NCBI GenBank assembly: GCA_016722565.1
Contig: JADKIU010000002.1
Span: 1,030,119 to 1,094,118 of the forward strand
DNA from: Bacteroidota bacterium
Lineage (GTDB): Bacteria; Bacteroidota; Bacteroidia; 2-12-FULL-35-15
Length of the DNA stretch: 64,000 bases
Direction: 5' to 3'
Below, in pieces: positions 11,005-19,587 of this stretch (positions are counted from its first letter, which is position 1; every line of letters begins with the position of its first letter). Position numbers and translations under genes: made by a program. The notes beneath the pieces were generated by a model that saw only the letters and a list, made by a program, of their open reading frames with translations, made no database searches and was not told the DNA's origin.

Positions 11005-11099
11005 TAGTAGAAATACCTATCATGCAAATATAGAAATATCAATGCAGGATAATCTACTTTCCTTTTTAGAAATTATTTAAATGAAACGGATGAGAGGGG

Positions 11100-11477
11100 T
11101 TATCGTTTAGAAGCAATCTGTGTTCTTAACCATTTTACAGCTTCCTTTTCATTAGAGAAAATACGAGTAGGATAAAGCGGCTTATGTGATTTTATAAAAA
11201 AATTACCCACTAATTTATTGGCCAAAGAGTCGGTTAATATTGCTGCAGCAATTCGTTTGGGAGAAACAGCAAAAGCATCACGCGCTTCTTTACTAATTGT
11301 ACCTGTTTTTGACGCATCAAATACCGTCACATATTCTTTCCCCTTAGCTAATTCGGAAGCCGCAAGAATCATTTCCTGAGCATCCTTCAATTCAATATCA
11401 ATTCCATCTGTCATGCAAACCTTAATAATTTGCGGCTCAAGCAATTCAAGATAAAATTTAGGGGATGTACTCATATT
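11100..11477 (-). CDS. Hypothetical protein, paralog of 10600..11004; start placed at the internal MSTSPKF
   Basis: Aligns along its length to its neighbour. The first 26 codons of the long ORF overlap the upstream gene and are not conserved. Confidence 0.45.
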   Translation of the reverse strand, partial: NMSTSPKFYLELLEPQIIKVCMTDGIDIELKDAQEMILAASELAKGKEYVTVFDASKTGTISKEARDAFAVSPKRIAAAILTDSLANKLVGNFFIKSHKPLYPTRIFSNEKEAVKWLRTQIASKR

Positions 11478-11499
11478 TTGCTGCAAATTTACAACTTCA

Positions 11500-11832
11500 T
11501 CAATGTGCATCAAAGAAATAACGATTATTTTTCTTGGTATGCATCTTATGTTCAATTAACTGCAATGCTTCATCAACTAACAAAGCAGGTATTTCATGTG
11601 TCGTGCCATTTTCAACAACCTGTTGCATATAAATCAACGCATTGTTATCCTGGAGATACTCCTTCGCTCTGAATGAAATAAAATTACGGTTACCTGCTAA
11701 ATAAACCACTACATAAAAAGAGTCTTCCAGATCAAATGCCAATACTGCATCAATATCAAAACGCTGGGGCAAAGCATCTGCTTTTTCTAAAAGCAGATAA
11801 ATCAAATTATTATCATTTGAAATCTCAATCAT
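11500..11832 (-). CDS. Hypothetical 110-aa protein, probably co-transcribed with rsmB and the two paralogs
   Basis: ORF only. It is packed tightly between rsmB (4-bp overlap) and the 11100..11477 start. Confidence 0.35.
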   Translation of the reverse strand: MIEISNDNNLIYLLLEKADALPQRFDIDAVLAFDLEDSFYVVVYLAGNRNFISFRAKEYLQDNNALIYMQQVVENGTTHEIPALLVDEALQLIEHKMHTKKNNRYFFDAH

Positions 11833-13027
11833 TTTTTTTCAGCTTCGCCATATAAAACCCATCAAAACCTTCACTCGGTAGGATCTTTCGATCTTCAATC
11901 AACTCGAAATTTTTATTTTTCTCCAAAAAGGTTTCTACTTGTCGCTGATTCTCGCTTGGCAAAATACTACAGGTTGCATAAACCATAACACCACCCGGTT
12001 TCAAAAGTTGAGAATAATTTTGAAGAATCTGTTGCTGTGTTTTTGTAATTCCTTCGATAAACTCCAAACTCAACTTCCATTTTGCATCTGGGTTTCTGCG
12101 AATCACGCCCAGCCCGGTGCAAGGCACATCTAACAACAACCGATCGGCCGTATTTTTTAATTTTAAAAGCGCTGCATCATTAATTAATTGTGTTTTAATA
12201 ATACGCACCCCTCCTCTATCTGCACGTTTTTTCAGTTCCAGTAATTTGCGTTCTTCCACATCCATTGAAATGATGTTTCCGGTATTGTTTATCATTGCCG
12301 CCATGTGTAAGGATTTCCCTCCCGCTCCTGCACAAGCATCAATCACTGTCATTCCTTCTTTCAAATCCAAAAAAGGAGCGATTAATTGAGAAGAGGCATC
12401 TTGAATTTCAAACAAACCTTGTTTGTATTCAGTTAGGTTTTGTAAATTTTGTCGTTTCACCAATACCAATGCATCCGGATAATCGCCAACAGGAAATGTT
12501 TCAATAGATTGTTCGGCTAATAAATGTTTTAATTGAACCGAATTTGTTTTTAAGGTGTTTACACGAAGTACAACTTGTGCTTCCTTATTTAATTCATGAA
12601 TTTCTTTTTCCCAAACAGTTTCCCCTAACTCTCGTGTGGCTACTTCATCCAACCAATCCGGTATAGATTCCCGATATTTTCGCGTTTTTTTTACCTGTTC
12701 CGCATTTTTCAGAATATGAGTCTTCTCTATTCCTTTAAACTCTTCCCAATCTGGTAGTTCAACTTCCTTCAATAATTGCCAGGCAGCAAACAATTCATAA
12801 TAATGTGGGGTATCTGTTCCATCTCCTTTATCAAGCGTGTGCACCAAAAACCGCCACCAACGTACCATTTCGTATACATTTTCGGCAATAAATCGTCTGT
12901 CGCGTGAGCCCCAGCGTGAATTTTGTTTGAGTACTTGTTCTACAGCCTTATCCGCATAAACACCCTGTACAAAAATTTGTTGAAGGGTTTCAATGACAGC
13001 ACTTACAAGCGATTTGTGGAGTTTCAT
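11825..13027 (-). CDS. rsmB: 16S rRNA (cytosine-C5)-methyltransferase, NOL1/NOP2/Sun family
   Basis: SAM-binding motif DACAGAGGKS, catalytic LLLDVPCTGLGVIRRNPD, and an N-terminal NusB-like region. Confidence 0.85.
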   Translation of the reverse strand: MKLHKSLVSAVIETLQQIFVQGVYADKAVEQVLKQNSRWGSRDRRFIAENVYEMVRWWRFLVHTLDKGDGTDTPHYYELFAAWQLLKEVELPDWEEFKGIEKTHILKNAEQVKKTRKYRESIPDWLDEVATRELGETVWEKEIHELNKEAQVVLRVNTLKTNSVQLKHLLAEQSIETFPVGDYPDALVLVKRQNLQNLTEYKQGLFEIQDASSQLIAPFLDLKEGMTVIDACAGAGGKSLHMAAMINNTGNIISMDVEERKLLELKKRADRGGVRIIKTQLINDAALLKLKNTADRLLLDVPCTGLGVIRRNPDAKWKLSLEFIEGITKTQQQILQNYSQLLKPGGVMVYATCSILPSENQRQVETFLEKNKNFELIEDRKILPSEGFDGFYMAKLKKND

Positions 13028-13115
13028 TTTATTAACAAAGTAATTGTGTAAAAATACACAATCGGGAGTAAATTATGCCTATTTATACTCGTCAAAAAAT
13101 AGTATTTTTGGGACA

Positions 13116-13736
13116 ATGAACTTCTCCTCAAAACTAATCGAAGAAGCTGTAAACGAATTTAGTAAGTTGCCCGGGGTGGGAAAACGTACTGCGTTGCGCT
13201 TTGTGTTGCATTTAATGAAACAAGATGCAGCTGAAGTGAACAAATTTGGCGGTGCCTTTATTAAGCTCCGTAACGAACTCCGTTATTGCGAAAAATGCCA
13301 CAATGTTTCAGACAAACCTTTGTGCGAAGTTTGTGTGAACCCACACAGAGATAACAGCGTTATTTGTGTTGTAGAAGATATCCGCGATGTGATGGCCATT
13401 GAGAACACCCAACAATATCGTGGCGTTTATCACGTTTTAGGTGGAATTATTTCTCCAATGGATGGAATTGGTCCAAGTGACTTGAATATCGAAACGCTTG
13501 TTAAAAAGGCAACCTCCGGAGAAATCAAAGAAGTGATAATGGCTTTAAGCACAACTATGGAAGGCGATACAACCAATTTTTATATCTATAAACGGTTAAA
13601 AGAATTCAATGTAACAGTGTCCACCATTGCCCGTGGAATTTCAATTGGCGATGAATTGGAATATGCAGATGAAGTAACGCTTGGTCGTTCTATTGTCAAT
13701 CGTACACTCTACGAAAACTCCTTATCATTCAAATGA
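13116..13736 (+). CDS. recR: Recombination protein RecR
   Basis: HhH ([12 protein letters not shown]), C4 zinc finger [16 protein letters not shown], and a Toprim region [15 protein letters not shown]. Start taken at [12 protein letters not shown] within the longer ORF. Confidence 0.9.
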   Translation: MNFSSKLIEEAVNEFSKLPGVGKRTALRFVLHLMKQDAAEVNKFGGAFIKLRNELRYCEKCHNVSDKPLCEVCVNPHRDNSVICVVEDIRDVMAIENTQQYRGVYHVLGGIISPMDGIGPSDLNIETLVKKATSGEIKEVIMALSTTMEGDTTNFYIYKRLKEFNVTVSTIARGISIGDELEYADEVTLGRSIVNRTLYENSLSFK

Positions 13737-14668
13737 AGTTAACAGTCGTAATTGTCAATTACAACGTTCAACATTTTTTAGAGCAATGCCTACATTCAGT
13801 TCGCAAAGCTTCAAAAAATGTATCGACTGAAATTTTCGTAGTCGACAACAACTCTGTTGACGGCTCCGTGAACATGGTGAAAGAAAAGTTTCCGGAAGTT
13901 CAACTAATAGAAAACAAAAAAAACACCGGATTTTCCTTTGCAAACAATCAAGCCATGCGCATTGCAAAAGGTGAATACGTTTTATTATTAAATCCGGATA
14001 CCGTTGTTGAAGAAGATACATTTGAAAAAGTAGTCGGATTTATGGATACACATCTGGATGCGGGTGGATTAGGTGTAAAAATGCTGGATGGGAAAGGAAA
14101 TTTCCTACCGGAATCAAAACGCGGACTGCCTACTCCATCGGTTGCCTTTTATAAAATCTTCGGATTTTCTCGTTTATTCCCAAAGTCAAAAACATTCGGA
14201 AAATATCACCTCGGCTTTTTAGATAAAGATAAAACGCATGCGGTAGAAATTCTTTCCGGAGCATTTATGCTCATGCGTAAAACCACACTCGATAAAGTTG
14301 GTTTATTGGATGAGACCTTTTTTATGTATGGAGAAGATATTGATTTATCCTATCGTATTATTTTAGGCGGATACAAAAACTACTACTTCCCTGAAACCCG
14401 CATTATTCACTACAAAGGAGAAAGCACAAAAAAGAGCAGCATCAACTACGTATTTGTATTTTACAAAGCGATGGTCATTTTTGCCAACAAGCATTTTTCA
14501 CAAAACAATGCAAAACTCTTTTCATTCTTAATCAATATCGCCATCTATTTAAGAGCCGGAGCAGCCATCTTTATCCGTTTTCTTAAATCCATTGCATTAC
14601 CGGCATTCGACTTTACATTGATAATGACCGGCTTATTATTAATCAAAGATTATTACGAAAAAATATAA
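13733..14668 (+). CDS. Glycosyltransferase family 2. It probably continues into 14671..15678 across an A6/A7 homopolymer at 14656-14661.
   Basis: VVIVNYN...[10 protein letters not shown]...LNPDT GT-A motifs. Inserting one A at 14656-14661 gives ...[37 protein letters not shown]..., in frame with the next ORF. Confidence 0.7.
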   Translation: MKLTVVIVNYNVQHFLEQCLHSVRKASKNVSTEIFVVDNNSVDGSVNMVKEKFPEVQLIENKKNTGFSFANNQAMRIAKGEYVLLLNPDTVVEEDTFEKVVGFMDTHLDAGGLGVKMLDGKGNFLPESKRGLPTPSVAFYKIFGFSRLFPKSKTFGKYHLGFLDKDKTHAVEILSGAFMLMRKTTLDKVGLLDETFFMYGEDIDLSYRIILGGYKNYYFPETRIIHYKGESTKKSSINYVFVFYKAMVIFANKHFSQNNAKLFSFLINIAIYLRAGAAIFIRFLKSIALPAFDFTLIMTGLLLIKDYYEKI

Positions 14669-14670
14669 AG

Positions 14671-15678
14671 TTCATCGAAGGAGGTTCCTATTCGGCTGCC
14701 CTCACCTCTATTGCTTTTCCGGCATATATCATCATTTGGATGTTCACCGTTTATTTAAGTGGTGGTTACGACAAACCCATTCGTTTGTTTAGAGTGATTC
14801 GAGGAATTTTGGTGGGAACAGGAATTATTTTAATTGGTTATTCACTTTTACCGGAAGCCTATCGTTTCTCCCGCGCATTAATTATTTTAGGAATGGGTTG
14901 GGTGGTATTGTCGTATTTGATTTCTCGCTTGGCTTTTCACTTTGCCGGATTGAAATCGTTCAGCTTAAATCCTGATAAAAGCAAACGTATTGCAATCATT
15001 GGCCAGCAAGAGGAATACGAGCGTGTAAGTCAATTGCTTAAACAAACAAACATCAACACCAGCTTCCTTGTTTTTATTAGTGCGAACGATAAAGGGAATA
15101 CACATCCTGATTTTGTTGGCAACATTAACCAAATTGAAGAGGTCATTGAAATTTACAAAATCAATGAAGTGATTTTTTGTTCACGCGATATTTCTTCTCA
15201 AGGTATTATCGATTATATGCATACCCTCGTATCTGAAAATGTAGATTTTAAGATTGCACCTCCCGAAAGTTTATCCATCATTGGCAGCAATTCCATTGAC
15301 ACTGCAGGCGATTTGTATATCATTGATGTGAATTCCATCGGGAAACCAAAAAACAAACGCAACAAACGACTGTTTGATATCTTGTCTTCCATCCTCATCA
15401 TTGCCTTTTCACCGCTACTCGTTTTGATTCAAGATAACAAAGCCGGTTTTGTTAAAAACATGTTTGCTGTGTTGTTTGGATTCAAATCCTGGGTAGGTTA
15501 CGGCAACGACAAACACGATCATCTTCCTAAATTACGTCCATCAGCGCTCTCACCTGCTGATGCGATAAAAAACATCGCCATCAATGCCGACACCCGAAAT
15601 CGTTTGCATTTAGCGTATTCCAAAGATTATAAAATCGAGAATGATTTGAATATTGTTTGGAAAGGGATTAAAAATTAG
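14671..15678 (+). CDS. Membrane domain resembling the N-terminal half of WbaP-type sugar transferases (TM helices + CoA-binding-like region + KRLFDIL..S..I...SP), but without a complete catalytic C-terminus. Likely the C-terminal part of the preceding GT2 gene.
   Basis: TM helices; the NINQIEEVIEIYKINEVIFCS and KRLFDILSSILIIAFSPLLVL motifs; the C-terminus ends after about 100 aa without the usual sugar-transferase core. Confidence 0.45.
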   Translation, partial: FIEGGSYSAALTSIAFPAYIIIWMFTVYLSGGYDKPIRLFRVIRGILVGTGIILIGYSLLPEAYRFSRALIILGMGWVVLSYLISRLAFHFAGLKSFSLNPDKSKRIAIIGQQEEYERVSQLLKQTNINTSFLVFISANDKGNTHPDFVGNINQIEEVIEIYKINEVIFCSRDISSQGIIDYMHTLVSENVDFKIAPPESLSIIGSNSIDTAGDLYIIDVNSIGKPKNKRNKRLFDILSSILIIAFSPLLVLIQDNKAGFVKNMFAVLFGFKSWVGYGNDKHDHLPKLRPSALSPADAIKNIAINADTRNRLHLAYSKDYKIENDLNIVWKGIKN

Positions 15679-15722
15679 GGAACTAAGGCAACCAATCTGC
15701 GTTGAAAACGTCATCATTTAGG

Positions 15723-16328
15723 ATGCAGATAATTTCTACTAAAATTTCAAAGCAATTTATTCTAATTTTATGCATGCTCATTGGCTTGCATACTCAAACA
15801 AATGCTCAAACTTCTTTCAACACACTCAACATACTTCCAGGGGTAAAAATTGGCTATAATTTTGGATCTGGATTAGACTTTGGAGCTCACCTAGGATTTA
15901 CATTTTTTAATTACACTGTTTCTGGAACTGAATCAGGAGCTGGTATTGACATCGCTTATGATTATTTTTTTGGTCATACGTATCTCAGAGGAAAAAAAAG
16001 AACAACATTCAAAACAATTGGAATTAGTCTTTTGAACAACACAAACAACCAAGTTGTTTCAAAATTAGGCCTTTCGAAAACATCTGTTAAATGGGGATTT
16101 GACAATCGCAACAAATCCGAATCAAAAAGCTGGGGCTATAATGCAGATATTAGTTATTCACCACTAAAAAACGGTTTATTTATCGGATATCATGTATTTC
16201 AGGTAAATAATGCTTGTATGGGTTTAGGGGTGAATCATTCGAATATTTTTTACGCTGCTTATCGATATCCCGTAAGCTTTATTTTAAAAGACCCAATGGC
16301 AGTTAATTTTCCAAATCAAAATAAATAA
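15723..16328 (+). CDS. Hypothetical secreted/outer-membrane protein
   Basis: Signal peptide ...LHTQTNAQ. Gly/aromatic-rich, with a beta-barrel-like composition. Confidence 0.4.
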   Translation: MQIISTKISKQFILILCMLIGLHTQTNAQTSFNTLNILPGVKIGYNFGSGLDFGAHLGFTFFNYTVSGTESGAGIDIAYDYFFGHTYLRGKKRTTFKTIGISLLNNTNNQVVSKLGLSKTSVKWGFDNRNKSESKSWGYNADISYSPLKNGLFIGYHVFQVNNACMGLGVNHSNIFYAAYRYPVSFILKDPMAVNFPNQNK

Positions 16329-16333
16329 AACAA

Positions 16334-17746
16334 CTACCGAACAAACTTCCCACTCACCACTTCGCTTCCCACTACTCCTTTTAGAATGTAAACACCTGCT
16401 GGAAATCCGTTGAAATCGATCACCGAAATACCTTGTCCGATTTTTTTAGTAAGCAGCAATTTCCCTGTCACATCATAAATGTAAATATCAACTGAATGGA
16501 GCGAAGTTGCGCACGTAACTGTTCCATCGTGCATCCAATAGTGAAATTCATTTTTCAAATCGGATACTTCATTTATACCAATAGGAATTGAAAATTCATG
16601 TGCACCAATATCGATTGTACCACTTATTAATCTTAAAATTTCATTCGCTGGGTGTGAATATTCTTTGTCAGGTGTTAATGGGAAACCGGAATTCGCAAGT
16701 CCAGGATTTGTTCCAGAATTAACAGCTATCGAACTTGGGATAAGATGATAATCATACGAACTTGGACTCACAAAACCCATTGTTACAATGCTGGTTGCGC
16801 GAATATTATTCGAACTATCTATAACGGTTGCAGCTCCTGAAAGAGACGTTCCCGGTCCTGCAAAAATATTATTATACGATTTATACAAATCTAAACCCGA
16901 AGCAGGCAAAGAAATGAACGTTCCGGAGGAGCGATCATTCACAACTGTATTGTTCACAAAATAAAATTCTTGTGGTCCCGGATTTGTCAATCCTTCCAAT
17001 CCATAACCTACGATTCCGGAGTTGGTCGAATTAGGTCCTTGCTCAATTACATTCCCAATCACATAACTGGTTCCACCATTCGGAAGATCAATTTCTCTAC
17101 TGGCATTTCCGGTTGCTTCATTGCTGAGTCGGTTATACATCACATAGTTCACATGCGCTCTGCTTTTCAATTCATGCCCAATGTTACAATGATGTGTATA
17201 GTTGTAACGAAAAATCAATGTATCAATATTGTTGATGTACAGATTATGCGTGTAGCCATCACCAAAACCATTGTTACTAAATTCGGTATACTCTACAATA
17301 ATCTTACTTGGATTTAATGTTCCTGCAAGAATGCCATTTTCATTATCATGAAAATAACAATGACTAACGGTTAGGTTCAGACCTTCTTGTCGGATACCGG
17401 CACCATTTTCGGAAGGACAGGCACACAAAGAAAATTCTATCCATTCTACTTTGGTGTTGTTTCCACCAATCACCCAAATTGCCTTTCCACCCCAACTTAA
17501 TCCGTTTGCTTTTAGATGCGCCATTCCACCCACACCGCGCAGCAACAAATTATTGGCTGTCCAATGCGCTACATCGGAATTATATATTCCTGCATCAATA
17601 GAAACCGTATCTCCATTTGCAACTAATGTAGAAACCTGACTTGGTAAGGTATAAAAACGACTAGGCCCCACTAACCAATTGGTTGAATAAGAAGATTGGA
17701 GAATGAAAAGAAATAAAAGAATACTACCGATTTTTATCGTTTTCAT
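16334..17746 (-). CDS. Secreted right-handed beta-helix (pectate-lyase-fold) protein with T9SS/Por C-terminal sorting domain
   Basis: Signal peptide; repeated N.G....N parallel beta-helix motifs; C-terminal about 80 aa ...GVYILKGVVGSEVVSGKFVR typical of a T9SS CTD. Confidence 0.7.
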   Translation of the reverse strand: MKTIKIGSILLFLFILQSSYSTNWLVGPSRFYTLPSQVSTLVANGDTVSIDAGIYNSDVAHWTANNLLLRGVGGMAHLKANGLSWGGKAIWVIGGNNTKVEWIEFSLCACPSENGAGIRQEGLNLTVSHCYFHDNENGILAGTLNPSKIIVEYTEFSNNGFGDGYTHNLYINNIDTLIFRYNYTHHCNIGHELKSRAHVNYVMYNRLSNEATGNASREIDLPNGGTSYVIGNVIEQGPNSTNSGIVGYGLEGLTNPGPQEFYFVNNTVVNDRSSGTFISLPASGLDLYKSYNNIFAGPGTSLSGAATVIDSSNNIRATSIVTMGFVSPSSYDYHLIPSSIAVNSGTNPGLANSGFPLTPDKEYSHPANEILRLISGTIDIGAHEFSIPIGINEVSDLKNEFHYWMHDGTVTCATSLHSVDIYIYDVTGKLLLTKKIGQGISVIDFNGFPAGVYILKGVVGSEVVSGKFVR

Positions 17747-17801
17747 GATTTCAATTATTAATGAATTAGCAATTTAAAACAATAAATGCTCTTGGGTAAG
17801 T

Positions 17802-18335
17802 TTATTTCACAAATAGTTTTGGATGACTTCCTGATGATTTAACCTGAAGTAGAATATCAAACAACTTCGCAGTAGCTACAGCATCGCCTTCCGCTCTGTG
17901 TCTTGCGTTATTCGGGATATTCAATGCATCACATATTTTCCCTAAGCTATATGATTTATGACCGGGAATTAGTTTTCTGCTTAATTGGACAGTACATAAC
18001 TTCTTTCGTTCGAAATGAAAACCTAAGGAAGCGAATTCTGCTTTGATGAAATTATAATCGAAACTCACATTGTGAGCAACAAAGGTTTTATTGTCGGTGA
18101 GTTCGTGAATTTTTTTTGCGACTTGATGAAATTTTGGAGCTCCAACTACCATTTCGTTGGTAATACCGGTAATATCTGTATATAAAGGGGAGATATAACA
18201 TTCCGGATCAATGAGAGTAGAAAATTTATCGACCACACTTAATCCATCATGAATTAAAATACAGATTTCGGTGATGCGTCCTGTAGGATAATTGAATTTA
18301 CCTCCGCAGGTTTCTATATCGATGATGGCAAACAT
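17802..18335 (-). CDS. DnaQ-like 3'-5' exonuclease (DEDDh, epsilon-subunit family), stand-alone domain; paralog of the N-terminus of 19588..20967
   Basis: MFAIIDIETCGG (Exo I), FVAHNVSFDYNF (Exo II), HRAEGDAVATAKLF (Exo III). About 75% identical to residues 1-170 of the 459-aa neighbour. Confidence 0.85.
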   Translation of the reverse strand: MFAIIDIETCGGKFNYPTGRITEICILIHDGLSVVDKFSTLIDPECYISPLYTDITGITNEMVVGAPKFHQVAKKIHELTDNKTFVAHNVSFDYNFIKAEFASLGFHFERKKLCTVQLSRKLIPGHKSYSLGKICDALNIPNNARHRAEGDAVATAKLFDILLQVKSSGSHPKLFVK

Positions 18336-18376
18336 TGTTGCAAAGATATGATTTTGACACAGAGACTCGTGTTTTT

Positions 18377-18460
18377 AGCCACAGATTCACAGATTAAAAT
18401 TTTCAAATTAGAAATCTCACCAATTATTTTCTAAAACAGAAAATCTGTGAATCTGTGGCT
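18377..18460. repeat. Perfect 19-20 bp inverted repeat (AGCCACAGATTCACAGATT ... AATCTGTGAATCTGTGGCT) with a 46-nt spacer, lying between the lexA-like stop and the exo177 start. Each arm contains a tandem CACAGATT x2.
   Basis: The arms at 18377-18395 and 18442-18460 are exact reverse complements, as read directly from the sequence. Confidence 0.9.
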
Positions 18461-18465
18461 ACCCA

Positions 18466-19224
18466 CTATTTTCCCATTTCAACGCGGAATGACTGCAAGA
18501 AACGAATCATGCTTTCCAAGTTTAAGTCTTGTGGTTTAAACTCACCAATATTTAAGCTGCATACAAAGCTCCAAACTTCGATGATGTTTTCTGTTTTAAC
18601 CGGATATGGACTATACACAGGATTATCTGAGTGAAACTGGAATACATCGTTCGATTTTTTATCTTCACGATACAGGCGTTTGTACACCACTCCATCTTCT
18701 TTGGTAAGGATGATATAGGTTTGTCCGTCTTTTATTTCTTTCATCGACTCCACATATTTACCCACTACGAATGTTCCATCTTTTAGTAATGGCATAGAAT
18801 CCCCTTTTATGGAGAATGCACGGTGTTTGCCAACAATTTTAAATGGGAGGTTCATGATTGGCAGATCCTCGATAAATTCAGGATCGGCATACCCATTTAA
18901 ATAACCGGCAACCGCTTTTGCAGGAACCACTTCTACCAGGTCTTGATTTTGACGATCAACAATCACAGGAAACAGGATTCTGTTTTTCCCGATTTCGAGC
19001 AATGACTCCGGATCCGTTTTTGCCAAATCACCTCTCACCAATGCATCAATGGCAATGTGAAAATGATCTGCAATTTTGATTAATAAATCATAAGGAGGCT
19101 CAGCTCTTCCTTCTTCATAAGATCCTAATCGAGAGCGGGAAATATCCAATTCATCCGCTAACTGAGTTTGAGATAATTTTTTTAGTGCTCTCAGAACACT
19201 AATGTTTTTGGCTATTTTTGACAT
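18466..19224 (-). CDS. LexA-like / phage-CI-like transcriptional repressor (N-terminal HTH_XRE, C-terminal S24 peptidase with Ser-Lys dyad)
   Basis: HTH: LSQTQLADELDISRSRLGSYEEGR. S24: ...AFSIKGDSMPLL... then ...GVVYKRL. The start is placed at the internal MSKIAKNISVL because the upstream part of the ORF track entry overlaps the promoter. Confidence 0.8.
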   Translation of the reverse strand: MSKIAKNISVLRALKKLSQTQLADELDISRSRLGSYEEGRAEPPYDLLIKIADHFHIAIDALVRGDLAKTDPESLLEIGKNRILFPVIVDRQNQDLVEVVPAKAVAGYLNGYADPEFIEDLPIMNLPFKIVGKHRAFSIKGDSMPLLKDGTFVVGKYVESMKEIKDGQTYIILTKEDGVVYKRLYREDKKSNDVFQFHSDNPVYSPYPVKTENIIEVWSFVCSLNIGEFKPQDLNLESMIRFLQSFRVEMGK

Positions 19225-19238
19225 TGCTAATATATTTA

Positions 19239-19266
19239 GCACAAATATACTAAATATATTTGCACA
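19239..19266 (-). promoter_or_regulatory. Putative promoter/operator of the lexA-like gene: imperfect palindrome CAAATATA-N5-TATATTTG, providing a TATATTTG (-7 box) on the coding strand about 20 bp upstream of the ATG. Near-identical motif upstream of dinB.
   Basis: The plus strand reads gcacaaatatactaaatatatttgcaca; compare 21035-21058. Confidence 0.5.
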
Positions 19267-19300
19267 TTTGCAAATGTAAATCAAAAAATGTTTTGTTTGT

Positions 19301-19320
19301 GTCCCGATAACTATCGGGAT
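19301..19320. repeat. Palindromic element GTCCCGATAACTATCGGGAT (member of a dispersed 20-bp palindrome family)
   Basis: Other copies lie at 19425-19442, 55679-55696 and 58584-58603. Confidence 0.85.
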
Positions 19321-19424
19321 AAGATTTTAAGATTTCGAATCGGGGTGCTGTTTTCAAGAAAAAAATAAACAATGCCATGGTTATTTAAATAATGAAACCA
19401 CCCCGATTTTTTTTCTCGACTTCG

Positions 19425-19442
19425 CTCGATAGCTATCGGGAC
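19425..19442. repeat. Palindromic element CTCGATAGCTATCGGGAC (same family); its flank GGGACGAAATG is the reverse complement of the flank of the 58584 copy
   Basis: Direct sequence comparison. Confidence 0.85.
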
Positions 19443-19587
19443 GAAATGGCAAAAGTCAATCTCGAAATGACAATAATAAAATAATCATCGCGAGGCGCGA
19501 GGCAATTTCGGAAAAGTAATTGAAAGAGATTGTCTCGCTGCCTTCACAATGAGAGAAGCCACCAAAACTCAAAATACCATATCCTCC

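Noticed and set aside
11939-12507. Three plus-strand ORFs (64-90 aa)
   Set aside because: They lie antisense within rsmB. They are low-complexity Ser/Arg-rich translations typical of noncoding frames.
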